Part shown: positions 40,401 to 54,100 of the stretch, piece after piece
How positions within the stretch are numbered: position 1 is the first letter of the stretch
How the letters are laid out: the number at the start of each line of letters is the position of its first letter
Source: Lingula anatina
Taxonomy: Eukaryota > Animalia > Brachiopoda
Direction of reading: 5' to 3'
DNA: 64,000 nt
Assembly (NCBI GenBank): GCA_051362555.1
Contig: CM120642.1
Coordinates: forward strand, 11,966,001 to 12,030,000
Program-made: the position numbers and the translations under genes
Notes under the pieces: model-generated
The model's database searches: none
What the model saw: only the letters and a program-made list of their open reading frames with translations
Told to the model about the DNA's origin: nothing

Positions 40401-43400
40401 AAGGACGTGCCTGGATCCAATATCACAATGGCTCTCCAATCGCAGTTAGAAATATTTGCTTCAGAAAAGGTACAAAAAATAGAAACAGACATGAAAATGA
40501 TCGGCGAGTACGTAATAATAAATAAATAAATAAACAGGCGTTTGAACTAAATCATCTAATTGAAAATAAATGATCGCCGCCAACTGCAGGTAGGCCTACG
40601 AGTCGAACATTGATTCCTGAGAAGGAGAAATATTGCTTCTATTTTCACAGTATATAAATTTGGCAGGAAAAGTCCAGGTAGGATATCTTTAACTTTGGGT
40701 TTCCGTTTGCATTATTTGATGTTTTAAAATGAACAGATAATGACACTGAATACTTTTCTACAGGTGGCTTGTTACGGCCAGGTTATCGGAGCGGTGGTTG
40801 CGGATACCTTTGCGAATGCCCGAAGAGCTGCCAAGGCGGTGAAGGTTGAATATGGCGAGGACCTGCCAACAGTTGTGACCATCGAGGTGAGTTCAATTGC
40901 AGAGATTTTTGGTCATTTAATAAATTATGCTGTAATAACTTTTATATACCATAAGCATTTCGTTTGCTTGCACGGGAATATTAGAATCAGACAAGATAAT
41001 TGGAAAGAAACTAATTGACAGCATCAGGCAGCCAGATCTCATAGGGAACCCCGTTCCGCTAAAATACATATTTGAGTTTCTTTTTAAAACAACCAGAGCC
41101 TCTGGTAATAGCAGTCCGGTGATACTAGTATTGCTTGTTAAAATACACTAGTTCATGAATGCGACCTGAAACAAAAAGAACGGACAAGACTTCAGAAAGT
41201 AATGTTGAAAGTTATGCTCAAGGCGTGATGCATTTTTTCGCCATTTGAATATTCATCTAATGTTTTCAGGAAGCGATAGAGAAGAATTCTTTTCACGACC
41301 CCGCTCCTTTTAGAGTAATAAAAACGGGGGATGTGGAGAAAGGCTTTGCCGCCTGCGCGCAGACATTAGAGGGTGTGGCAAGGGGCGGTGGACAGGAACA
41401 TTTTTACATGGAGACGAACGTGGCCCGTGCCATTCCTAGAGGAGAGGACGGCGAAATGGAGTTATTTGTCTCCACGCAATTCCCAGCTTCCATTCAGGTC
41501 TAGGACGCCTTTGACACTTTTCTTTTAGTCTGCAGTGTCAGATCTTTGTTTTCATTCATTCTAAACACTATGTCAAAACACTTTTTGACAGGTCATGACG
41601 TCCCGTATTTTTTTTATGTATTTCAACATTTTTAGCAACTAATATTGTTTTAAACATGATGCTCCCAAGTCCTGAAAATATTTAATTTGCTATATTTTGA
41701 ATTAAAATATTAGCCATTTTTCTTAAAGCAGGTCACTTATATTTATAGTATTGCCATGAAAGTAGCATTTTATACATTTTATTTGTACTGTTATAATTAG
41801 AAAAACGCGACACACGTAACCTATTCGTTGACCATCACCATAATCTATAATTAACATTTAACGTGTAACTGCACATTTTCCACACCAGGCTGCGACGGCC
41901 AAGGCGCTGGGGGTACAAGCTAGCAGAGTACAGCTGAGAGTGAAGAGAGGAGGTAGGCAGGCCAGGGCACAACATATTCTCAGTCATAGAAAGAAAGGAT
42001 ATCCTTTGTCTAAGAAATGTTATACTCGTAATGGAAATGCTGACTTCTCGTCAAAAATCTAAATGCATGTGAAGGGTGAAGCATAATCTTGATAGCTAAC
42101 GTTCTACTCGATTTAGATATTTTATGAACGTAAGAAGCATAACAAGTAACTATCTACGGGTGTATGAAAACTGGGGGTCGCAATCTGATTCACTGTCCTT
42201 TTACTACTGTGTAGGAGGAGGTTTTGGTGGCAAGGATTTTGGCGGGCAGACGCTGACACTGCCAGTTGCTATCGCTGCATTCAAGTATGTAAAATCTTTC
42301 CATACTATAGTTTGTTTTACAAGCATTGTCCTTCTACAAGAGATCAAGTTCTTAAATTGTATCCCATGCGTAATAAGTTTAACTCCAAGAGATGAAATAT
42401 GTTATCGTGACAACGGCGATTTGAAGTTTCATTTGGTTTTGCAACACGTACCTTGGTGATGATGTAAAGTCCGTCTTTACACTGAATAAACCTACATTCT
42501 GTAAAGCTTAAAGTATGATTAATATGCAGCTCTTTAATTAAAAAATCTCTTTTAGCCTGAATAGACCAGTCCGTTGTCAGTTGGAGAGGGACAAAGACAT
42601 GCTGGTGACAGGGGGAAGGCATCCGTTTTTGGGAAAATATAAGGTACACCTTGTTTATTTGTTAGAGTAACAAGTCTGTCGTCTGTCCACATTGCGGCTG
42701 TCCAATAAATCATGTCAGTACTAGATGCAACGTACTACCACGAGTTATCCAATGCATGCAAAGTTGTTTCTCAATAAAATAAATCTACATTTATATCGGA
42801 TTTTGCGTTTTTTTTCACTTAAGGTTGGCTTCAGCGAAGAAGGAGATATTTCTGCCCTGGAGGTGTTCTTTTACCTCAATGCTGGTCACATCCTCGGCGA
42901 ATCTGCGTTGGTATGTAATGTTTATATGCCGTATGGATTTTAACAAGAAATATTGTAGAACAGTTTTGGCATATTGTCATAGATATACAAAGTGTAGTTA
43001 CTATGAAATATGACATACAATAACACGATATAGAGAAGACCAAACGAGTGTAATTTACTTTACAAATTTGGTGATCAATTATTTATCACGCAGATAATGC
43101 ATAGAGCTCTGTTCTACCTGTCCGCCAACTACCGCATTCCTAACATCACAGTCCACGCGTACGTGTGCCGCACCAATCTTCCTTCCAACACCAACATGAG
43201 GGCCGTGGGCGTGCCTCAGATCGCGTTCGTCACGGAGAGCATAATTGAGGATGTAGCTGTGTTCTTAGGGGTCCCTGCCGAATCTGTGAGTCTTAATAAA
43301 TCGTCTTTGTTATTAGGCCCTACTGGTGGATCCGGGGTTTTTCTAAGGAAATTGATTTTGTTTTGCACAAAAGGTTAGATGATGACAACTGGATCTGCCA

Positions 43401-43985
43401 TTGGATATGCACGTGCTTACTTTAAGGAAATACAAAAACACGCAGTTAATTTTTGCCGTTTTCACTTGGCCCCTTTTGTCGTAGGCCTGTCTTATCACAA
43501 TCGCATTTTAAAATGTTGTATACGCTGTTTCATGTTATGTGCTTTTTAGTTTAAAAAGCTGATGTTCTTTGCATGTTGTTATTTGTAGGTGCGCGAGTTG
43601 AATATGTACGAGAATGGGGACTTGACACATTTTCATCAGCCCATAACCGATAGCCAATTGAAACGTTGTTGGGATGACGTCATCAGTCAGAGTTCCTTTG
43701 AATCTAGGAAGAATAGCGTAGCCAAATTCAATAAGTAAATAATGTTGTCAAAATTTTGAAGTGCTGTTAAAATAACATGATGCATTTTCTGTTCTTCAAT
43801 ATCTTTTCGGTGGAAGTGTATATCATTTAAGATGTTTTAAGCAAAATGATTGGAATGAATTTTTCAGGGAGAATCGCTGGAAAAAGCGAGGCATTTCCGT
43901 AATACCGCTGCAGTACGGCATGTCAATGTTTCCAGGAGTGTTTTTGGAACAGGTAAAATCACAATCTCTATGCACACTTACACAC

Positions 43986-44050
<65 letters not shown>

Positions 44051-47002
44051 GAAGCTAACTTTATGAATATTTTACATATATATGAATGAAAACACTTACT
44101 TTGTAAGTGCTGCAAATAGCTATTTTAACTGAGAGATATTTTTTCCAAACTCACCTTTCTGAATTCAACAATTTCAGGGTGCTGCTTTGGTCCATGTGTA
44201 CCAAAGTGACGGCTCGGTGCTGATATCACATTGTGGCGCAGAGGTGGGCCAGGGTCTGCACACGAAAATGATACAGGTATTTGTCCCTTTTATGTACCTT
44301 TAACACAAATAAAAATACATGTATAACCATGAACCCAGGGATTCCCATGACCAATTTTGTCAACTAGAAACTTCCGTCTTCTTCAAGGTGGTCTTCTTCA
44401 GCCAGGTCAAGCTGCTCTAAAACCTAGAGTGGTCTAAACTCGCAACACTAACATCATTTTTTTTTATTGTGACCAACGTCTCATTTGATTTAATCGTGTC
44501 TAGAAGCAAACTAGATATCAAAGAAAGAACGGTTCACCTAAGTACATGTATTTTAACATATTAAATCGTTTCTCACCTTTCTGCGTAAAATAGGGAAACT
44601 TTTTGCTCCGTATTAGAATATACCCGTTATACATGTAGCAAAACGCTTCTGAATTGTTACTGAGGATATTTTCAGTGAGTACTTGCGCTTGCCCTGTTAT
44701 ATAGGTGGCAAGTCGGGCCTTGAACATTCCTACACATAAAATCCACATCAGTGAAACCAATACAAGCATGGTACCCAACGGCAGCACCACAGGGGGCAGC
44801 ATGAGTTCTGACCTTCAAGGAATGGCGGTCATTGTAAGTGAAACAATAATACACTTTACAATGACACAATTCGTTTCGAGTGTATTAAGATGGCACAGCA
44901 TTTAGATTTCGTTAGAAGCCTAACATCAAAATGGTACAAAATTTCAAGTTCATATTGTAATACTGCTTATCGCTGAGAATGCGTGATATACTATAATATG
45001 GAATACGTGAAACTATTTTAGGTAGAATATTTGATTGTTATGTTTTTACCGCATGTTTTCTATTTGTTTGTTAAAATGAAACACACGTAAAAGATGTAGC
45101 CTTAAAACGTGACAAAAGCCAAGATTGTAACAGTGCAAAATTATTGTTTTATGATTCAGAATGCATGTACGACTATCAGAGAAAGACTTGAACCATATGT
45201 CAAGGCCAACCCGGAAGGTACATGGGCCGAATGGGTAAGATAACTTTTTTCATGCACACACACGCTTCATGTACATGTATAAAGGCACACACACATGCGC
45301 AGTGAACAGCAATGGATCAGAATTAGTGCTCATTATTTGCATATAATCAATGCAGTACAATAATACATTATTAATACAAGAGGTGCTTGAATGTGATACA
45401 CTTAATGTTGAGCAGATTCTCTCTAGAAAGCGTTGTGAACACTCTTTATATTACAGGTGGCAGCTGCTTACTTTGATAGAGTTAGTCTGTCTGTCACGGG
45501 ATTTTACAAGTGAGAGTTTGTAAGAATTGGCGTTTTAAATTAACTCGATGTAATTGCAAATCAGGCACAATTAATGTATATATTGGAATCTTTTGCACAT
45601 TCTTCTTTTTTCTTTACCAAAACACAAATGTAATTTAATTATTAATGGTCCATTTGAACTGTAGTAAATACTAAGGTGTTTTCAGTTATTGGACAAGTAC
45701 ACCGTTAAGACAATCGGAGAACAATTCATAATGTTTTCAAGAGCGATGTTTAGTATTAGACATTTCCATATACAGTTATAATTGTAACATTTAAACGTAT
45801 TATTGCATTAGGGTAGGACTTTTAAATGGACGGACTTACATTACTGTCATATGTGTAACAGGAATAAAAGTCCGCTAGTAATCATGTACAAGTCCTATCT
45901 ACTATAATTATGAGCCAGGGACTAAATGCCAGTAGGACGACTTTTCCCAAGTAATGGTAGTCCTACGGTTCATGTGGGACTTGGATTTCTGTTACACCGG
46001 ACTTTTTAGTTATTCATAACAAACGCAATTGTGATCAACAATGTTAGGTTGGGGATCAATTATATCTTTTTTCTCTGTCAAGGGTCCCTGGTGTAGAATA
46101 TGACTGGGAAAAGAACGTGGGCACTCCCTTTAGTTACTTCACGTATGGAGCTGCTTGCACAGAGGTGGAGGTAGATTGCCTCACTGGAGATCACGTGGTA
46201 AGATATACAATAGGACTGTTTAAAATGATTTATTAGTATCTGCTCTCTTTGCTTGTACTGATGTATGAAAGACAAGTGCATCGAACAACTGATTTGTTAG
46301 CAATCTAATTGTTTTAAAAAAGCGTGTCACAAAGGCAGCTGTATTGATTAAAAAATTCATTTTTCCTACAAGATTCTGCGAACGGATATCGTCATGGACC
46401 TTGGAAAAAGTTTGAATCCCGCACTTGATATTGGACAGATTGAAGGCGCCTTTATGCAGGTAAAAGCCCAATCACACTATATCCCTGGATAGTCAACGTG
46501 CATTCTAGAAATTCTGAGCGCGGCAGCGAGAAATAATATATTTTTTGCCTTTATTTATACTACATTTGTCATTACTTCTTTTTGATATTCTGATTACGCC
46601 CTGCAGTGGAACCATATCGTTTGTATATTTTTCTTCAATTTTATGCATTTCATTTCATTTGCAGGGGCGTGGTCTCTACACCTTAGAGCAGCTGAAGTAC
46701 TCACCCGATGGTCGCCTGTTGAGTTGTGGACCAGGTGCATATAAAATACCGGGATATAGTGACATACCGCGAGAATTCCATGTTTCGTTACTGAAAGGGT
46801 CTTCCAACAGTCATCCCAGAGCAGTGTATTCTTCTAAGGTAATTTTTGCTTTGTTTTATCTTTGAAGAAAATGATTTGGACGAAAAAAATGTCACGATAA
46901 CGGGGTGGGCAATTCTTTACAGGTACTGATATAGTGATGAATCAAAGTGCTAGGTTAGCTCAACCGTATAGAAGAGTGATGCAAAATGCTTTGTCGCACC
47001 TC

Positions 47003-47051
<49 letters not shown>

Positions 47052-47625
47052 ATTTATTTATTTATTTATTTATTTTTTTCTTTTTTGATACGTCAGATGT
47101 CAGTTTAATTACACTTGAATTCGGCAATGTTTATTTTTAGGGAATCGGCGAACCACCCCTAGTTTTGGCGTTGTCCGTATTCTTTGCTATCAAAAATGCC
47201 ATTGCCTCGGCCAGGGCGGACGCTGGCCTTGCTGGGAGATTCAAACTGACCAGTCCAGCTACGTCCGAGAAGATAAGAATGGCTTGCGAAGACCAGTTTA
47301 CTCAAAAGGTATGTGTGCATTCGTGTGCGCGTTCATCTGGACTAGATCACACATATGATATGTATGCTTGTATTTGCGCTTTTGGTTTATATTTATCATC
47401 CTTCTTGCATAAAATAAAGGTGCAAATAAGCATAAAAAGCAACCCATTTTCTTTGTACATGGAAACTATTCTGCTTAATGGGAATGCTAAATTTAACTCG
47501 AGACCAACGTTACAAACTTAAAACTGTTCATATTATAATAGAACTAATTCACAATACCTGATTTTTAATTTCAGTTCCCCTCAGCAGAGCCAGGGGCATA
47601 CAAGCCATGGTTTGTGGAGGTGTAA
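32603..47625 (+). CDS. Xanthine dehydrogenase/aldehyde oxidase family molybdo-flavoenzyme (AOX-like, divergent), ~33 exons
   Basis: ATG 32603 ([20 protein letters not shown]); 2Fe-2S motifs [42 protein letters not shown]; FAD domain ([22 protein letters not shown]); Moco domain ([57 protein letters not shown]); stop TAA 47623-47625; no internal stops in exons read. Confidence 0.93.
34373..34552 (+). other. U12-type GT-AG intron 2 of XDH/AOX gene
   Basis: Donor GTATCCTT, branch CCTTAAC at 34536-34542, AG at 34551-34552, no polypyrimidine tract. Confidence 0.9.
34650..35791 (+). other. U12-type GT-AG intron 3 of XDH/AOX gene
   Basis: Donor GTATCCTTTT, branch-like TTCGTTAAT at 35772-35780, AG at 35790-35791; join gives VT-HTAVNAC. 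Confidence 0.8.
37023..37293 (+). other. GC-AG intron in XDH/AOX gene
   Basis: Only AAG|GCAGGT gives a phase-0 join from FPPELK to [16 protein letters not shown]; nearby GT donors are out of phase. Confidence 0.65.
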
Positions 47626-48222
47626 TACACAAACAATGGTATTTAAATGGACGACGGGGTTTTTCATCCCCCTTGACACTACAAATGCATCAATTGGTCT
47701 ATTCTAGGCATATTGACTTTTTAAAATAGCACTGAATGATATACACTTTATTCTGCACATATGTGTAAAAGTAGAGGACCGTGTGATCCCGATGTGCGTC
47801 TATAATGTCCGCTTTCTCCCCCTGGGCCACTAGAGTGAGGAACGTAGAATTTTGAGGATAAATAAACTTGCTATAGGGGAGTTTTAGGGAGACGGGCTGG
47901 GGCCTGTGGATGGCATGAATGGGGTATTCCTCATATTGGCATTATTTTGTTTATTATAAGTAGTCACAAACTACACTATTTCTGAAGGTGGATGGTTCTA
48001 TTTTTCCTCATAAGTAATTATTTCAACAATACTTTTTTTATAAATAGCTTTACATGAAAGAAGGATTACCTGTTAATGTTGTTATGATGTTTATTGTCAA
48101 TAAACAAGAGCCAGACAGCGGCACAGATATCCATGAGAGCGGGGTCCTGGCGATGCTAATTTTAATTTATATTAAGTCAATTCCAGCTAAATCTAACATG
48201 CAGCAAACATTAAAGAGCATTT

Positions 48223-48480
48223 GGCTTCGTTCACATGGAATGTCTATTTTCTAAAAATCTATTTTCTATTCGCGCTATCTTATGATCACGGTCTGTGCCC
48301 TGAATATCCCGCCGCGTAATTACTGGCAGCGCGAGCCAGTTACTTATGGTAACTTATAGTAACTGGCTCGCGCTGCCAGTAATTACGCCGCGGGATATTC
48401 AGGGCACAGACCGTGATCATAAGACATACCGCAAATAGAAAATAGAATTTAGAAAATAGACATTGCATGTGAATGAAGCC
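48223..48480. mobile_element. Near-perfect palindromic MITE (Harbinger-like GGC...GCC ends), 258 bp
   Basis: GGCTTCGTTCACATG ... CATGTGAATGAAGCC; arms complementary along almost whole length around a ~15-nt centre near 48350. Confidence 0.85.
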
Positions 48481-49036
48481 TTAGTAATAGGGTCATAGAA
48501 TCCCTGGGGGTGGGGATGTACCTATGGATGGATTTGGTGAAGTGCGGACTATGCGATGACTGTCCATCGGGAACATCTAGTTGCTGTAATTATTATTATT
48601 ATACTAATATTCTTGCTGCCGTTACTGTTGCTGTTATAAAAATAATTATGTTGTAATAATAATTTTTGAATGACAGGAATTCGTTGTGAATGAATGTGCA
48701 ACTTAAGAATAAATAGCAAAAACGCCAGAAAAATAATTTAAAGAATGTTTCTCGCTGCCTGAAAGTAAGCATTGAAACAATATAATCTTAGGAACTATAT
48801 AATCTTAAAGTATCTTTGTAAATGCCCAATGGCAACTTTCTTCTCATGACTGTGAAAGCAACTGAGTTATGTCCAGGAGAACGTTTCTAAAGGCGGCACA
48901 AGGAGCGCTATACCTTTATACACTGTACAGCATATACTTTAAATTTCCTGGAAATTTCAACTCTTTCTGAGTCATATTTCTTCAATTACCAAGGCGTGAA
49001 ATGTAGCCTACCATATGCAAATCGTGCATAGAATTA

Positions 49037-49202
49037 CAGGCCTGTAGCCAGCAATTTCAAAAGGGGGGATCTTTTCTGAAAAAGTGGACCTTTTACCATG
49101 AAACCTTCATGTACCTAGATAAAATTTTACCAAGAAGGGACCTTTTCCCAGCAAAAGAGGGGTTCTTTCGAACCCCCCCGAACCCCCCTGGCTACGGACC
49201 TG
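49037..49202. mobile_element. MITE with 6-bp target-site duplication
   Basis: TIR CAGGCCTGTAGCCAG / CTGGCTACGGACCTG flanked by GAATTA at 49031-49036 and 49203-49208. Confidence 0.75.
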
Positions 49203-50795
49203 GAATTAACAACTGATATCTAAGTTTCTACTTTTTGAGCCACTTTTAAAGGCTAACTGAGATAGAGGTTGATCACTTTCACTCAGGACGTGATAACTAT
49301 TTAGCACTCGATATTTATAGATATTTATAGACAGTAATTTTTTAAAGGGAACGCTGTGGTGATAATGTGAAAACTGCTGAAATTTCCAGAATATTTCCTA
49401 AATGCTGTATACTGCACTGTATGCTGACTACCGACAATACGTTAGTATACCTGTGTTCAATAAGCCTGTCTATCGCATCATCACACGCCAAAATCGGTAT
49501 GAGGTAAACGTTACCTGGAGCCCCCTTTATAAGCTGCTTAACGTTCAAACACATCAACATCGATTTTTTTCTTTATTTTCATTACAACTGTGAACGTTGA
49601 GTGGTATTGAAAATAACCTCATTGGATCAGCGCAGATCGTATCATAAACCGTGCCTTGGTCTAATAGAGCTGACGCGTTACTCGCCCTCCAGTTAGGCGA
49701 TCTATTATTAACAAAGGGCATTATGTAAGAATTCGATTGCTCTTTTAGATACTGTCTTGATACTAAATGTTGTCGAAAAACCCACAAATCTATTGAAATA
49801 GTTTCGAATTGCAGGCGCAGTCGATATTTTGAGGTAAAATCCATTTTTGTATGATTTTTTTGCATCGGTACACATTGTTTTTATGATTATGTGAAAGATA
49901 TTTGTACATAGAAAATTATGATGAATCGATTAATAATAGCGTACTCATTTCAACTTGTGATTCCAACGAAATTAATTTTTTCCGGAAGACTAATTTCCTA
50001 GACATAGCGCAAGAAGCAGTTACAAAATTCCACCTACGTTCTTCCATCGCACTATCCAAGTTGCTAAATTAATTTCTAGTAAAGCTTTTATAAAAGTGCC
50101 TCACGGTCATTTCATATATAAGGGTAAAAAGAAATGTTTGTTTTTCATTATGATGATTGTTAACAGTGCTTGTAAAATCATTCTTGGGGATGATATAGCA
50201 CTTTCAGAAGAACGAAATCGTGTACTTCCAATTCAACGTGAAGACAAAATAAATTCAAACAAATGTTCTTAGCTGAAGGGCTCAATCCAGTGACTTCACA
50301 ATAGATTCCCAAACAACCGGCCTCATTTTCCAAGGGGAAATCAACCGTATTACCTGATATTCAATTCAACTCATTTCCGTGTACTACTATCATGACACCA
50401 CAAGGTTACGTATCGAGACACTTATTACTATAAGGGTACAAGCTTACATTAACTTGCTACATTGTAGTTCTAAGTAAGGACATGTAACTGGCACGTGTCT
50501 GTCTGTCATAAGAACACTTTCTCACAATAACACAAATATGAGAGTCCTAAGAATGTTATCTGATCCTAAACATAGCTTGTTGTCATTAATATTTGGTGCC
50601 AATTATCGAATGCAACCTCTCCAAATTATGTTCATACAAAATATCGATCATGTAATAATGACAATACAGGAAGAGTCAAGGGAAACCGTGAAGACACAAA
50701 CAACCTGCCTACTGTGGATCATATCCTGTTTGATCGTCTGGATAGAAGCTCCTTTATTCCCTTCAATGGAAATTTGAAAAAGAACCGATCCAGAG

Positions 50796-51125
50796 ATGTT
50801 TCTTCTCCTTGTTCGGCTGCTTATTCAGTGGTGTCTATTCTGGGGACTCACGTGCGGTAAGAATATAATATTTTTACTTTTTTTGGATACAAAACCGTCA
50901 TTTTAACACATCATCAAAAAGGCAAATTTGAAGTCTGCAGTACTCTATCTTTAACTTTTCAGTGCACAAGTACTTTAAAAGCGTATTATAAAAAACAAAA
51001 ATGTGAAAGAAATTTAAAGATTGTTACGCATTCCTTTCGAAACTGGTTTGATGATAGAATATCTAAAATAATACTCAATTAATAATCTAACCAAAGAAAC
51101 GAGATTTCCCTAAACAATAATATAG

Positions 51126-51163
<38 letters not shown>

Positions 51164-54100
51164 GGTCAGGTCTTTAAATAGAATTTTGGTCAGGTCTTTA
51201 AATAGAAAACATCGCCACCTATTCCCAACTTCCCAACTATAGCGTATTTCTGATGGACGAATTAATTAAAATGTATAGTTGCATTTTAGTAATTAAATTA
51301 AAATAATTTTTTTTTTAAATTCGTCACTTTTTTTGTTTTAAATATAATATTTACAGCCACAACGTCAAAGGACACAGCCTCCATATGCACATGCACCATG
51401 TTGATTCACAGCGCACAATCCCATGCAACAACTCAGAGCATTTTTGACTCAATTTGGGAAAGTACAACATCACACTACACTGGGACTGTAACGACGTTTT
51501 ATACACAATTCGCAACATCGCAACCGAGAGGAATTACTAGTGCTACTACAGACGTCAGTCCTGTTGAAACAACCATCATTAAAATGAGCACATCTCCCAC
51601 AGTGGTAAATGCTATGACGGACCCAGTAACAGAAATCGACGGAGAAACAAACAGTGAAATCACAGCAGAGGTCCCTTCTGGTTCGTCCAGTGGAGATAAA
51701 ACTACTGGTTTATTGTTTGCAGCTGAAACCACAAGTGCTAGTATTGATGCAGAAACTACTGCTACAACCAATGCAGCCGGAACCACAAGTGCTACCTCTG
51801 AAGCTGCAACTAGAGGAACATCTATTGCACTGGGCACCACTAGTACCAGTACAAGTACTAGTTTTGATGCAGAAACGGCTGGAACAAGAACTGCCGCTGA
51901 AACCACTGGTTCTACCACTGGAGCTACGACTGCTGGTGCATCCGTTGCATTAGACATTTCTAGTATCGGTTCTGAAACAACTGGTACTACCATTGCTTCC
52001 GAAACAACTAGCACTACCACTAGCACTACCACTATGGGGACATCTGTTGCAGCAGACACCACTAATACTAGTATTGCAGCAGAAACTACTGGTACAGCCA
52101 GTGCAGCCTCAAATACAACCACAAGAGCTGAAACTTCTGGTACACCCCTTACAGTAGACACCACTAGTACCAGTATTGCTACAGAAACTACTGGAACAAC
52201 CACTGCAGCTGAAACCACAAGTCCTACCACAAGAGCTGAAACTACTGGTACATCGCATGAATTAGACACCACTAGTACGAGGTCTGATGCAGAAACCACT
52301 GGTTATGCTATTGCATCTGAAACAACAAGTTCTTTCAGAAGAACTGAAACTACCAATACATCCCTTGCAGTTGACACCGATAGTACTATTATGGATGCAG
52401 AAACAACTGGAACAACCACTGCAGCTGAAACCACAAGTCCTACCAGTGGAGCTGCAACTCCTGGTTCATCCCATGCAAGATACATCGCTAGTACAAGTAC
52501 TGATGCAGAAACAACCAAAACAATCACAGCAGCTGAAACCACAAGTACTACCACAAGAGCTGAAACCAATGGTACGTCCATTGCAGTAGACATCACTAGT
52601 ACTACTATTGATGCAGAAATAATTGGAACAACCACTGCAGCTGAAACCACAAGTCCCACAAGTGGGGCTGCAACTTCTGGTACATCCCATGCAGTAGACA
52701 CAACTAGTATGAGTACTGATTCAGAAACAACGAGTACAACCGCTGCAGTTGAAACCACAAGTACGACCATAAAAGCTGCAACATCTGGTACATCCTTAGC
52801 AGTAGACTCCAGTAGAACTACTGTTGATGCAGAAACAACTGGAACAACCAATGCAGCTAAAACCACAAGTGCTAACCATGGAGTTGCAACTTCTGGTACA
52901 TCCAATACAGTATACACCACCAGTGCAAGTAATGATGCAGAAACAACTGGTACAACAACTGCAGCTGAAATCACAAGTCCCACCAGTGGAGCTGCAACTT
53001 CTGGCACATCCCATGCAGTAGACACCACTGGTACGAGTACTGATGCAGAAACAACTAGTACAACAAATGCAGCTGAAACCACAAGTCCTACCAGTGGAGC
53101 TGCAACTTCTGGTACATCCCATGCAGTAGACACCACTAGTGCCAGTACTGATGCAGAAACAACTGCTACAACAAATGAAGCTGAAACCACAAGGACTACA
53201 AAAAGAGGTGAAACTACTGGCACATCCATTGCAGTAGATACCGCTAGTACAATCATGGATGCAGAAACAACTGGTACAACATCTGCAGCTGAAACCACAA
53301 GTCCTACCAGTGGACCCGGAACTTCTGGTACATCCCATGAACAAGACACCACTAAAGCGAGTACTGATGCAGAAACAATGGGTACAACAACTGCAGCTGA
53401 AACCACAAGTCCTACCAGTGGATCTGCAGCTTCTGGTACATCCCATGAAATAGACACCACTAAAGCGAGTACTGATGCAGAAACAACGGGTAAAACAACT
53501 GCAGCTGAAACCACAAGGACTACAAAAAAAGGTGAAACTACTGGCACATCCATTGCAGTAGATACCGCTAGTACAATTATGAAGGCAGAAACAACTGGTA
53601 CTACAACTGCAGCTGAAACCACAAGTCCCACCAGTGGAGCTGCAACTTCTGGTACATCCCATGCAGAAGACATAACTAGTGCGAGTACTGATGCAGAAAC
53701 AACTGGTACAACAACTGCAGCTGAAACCACAAGTCCCACCAGTGGAGCTGCAACTTCTGGTACATCCCATGCAGTAGACATCACTAGTGCGAGAACTGAT
53801 GCAGAAACAACGGCTACAACAAATGCAGCTGAAACCAGAAATCCAACCAGTGGATCTGCAACTTCTGGTACATCCCATGCACTAGACATTACTAGTGCGA
53901 GTACTGATGCAGAAACAACTGGTACAACAACTGCAGCTGAAACCACAAGTCCTACCAGTGGATCTGCAACTTCTGGTACATCCCATGAAGTAGACACCAC
54001 TAAAGCGAGTACTGATGCAGAAACAACTGGTACAACAACTGCAGCTGAAACCACAAGTCCCACCAGTGGAGCTGCAACTTCTGGTACATCCCATGAAGTA

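Noticed and set aside
41994-42007. ATATCCTTT resembling an AT-AC U12 donor
   Set aside because: Lies inside a normal GT-AG intron as part of a short palindrome AAAGGATATCCTTT; not at an exon boundary.
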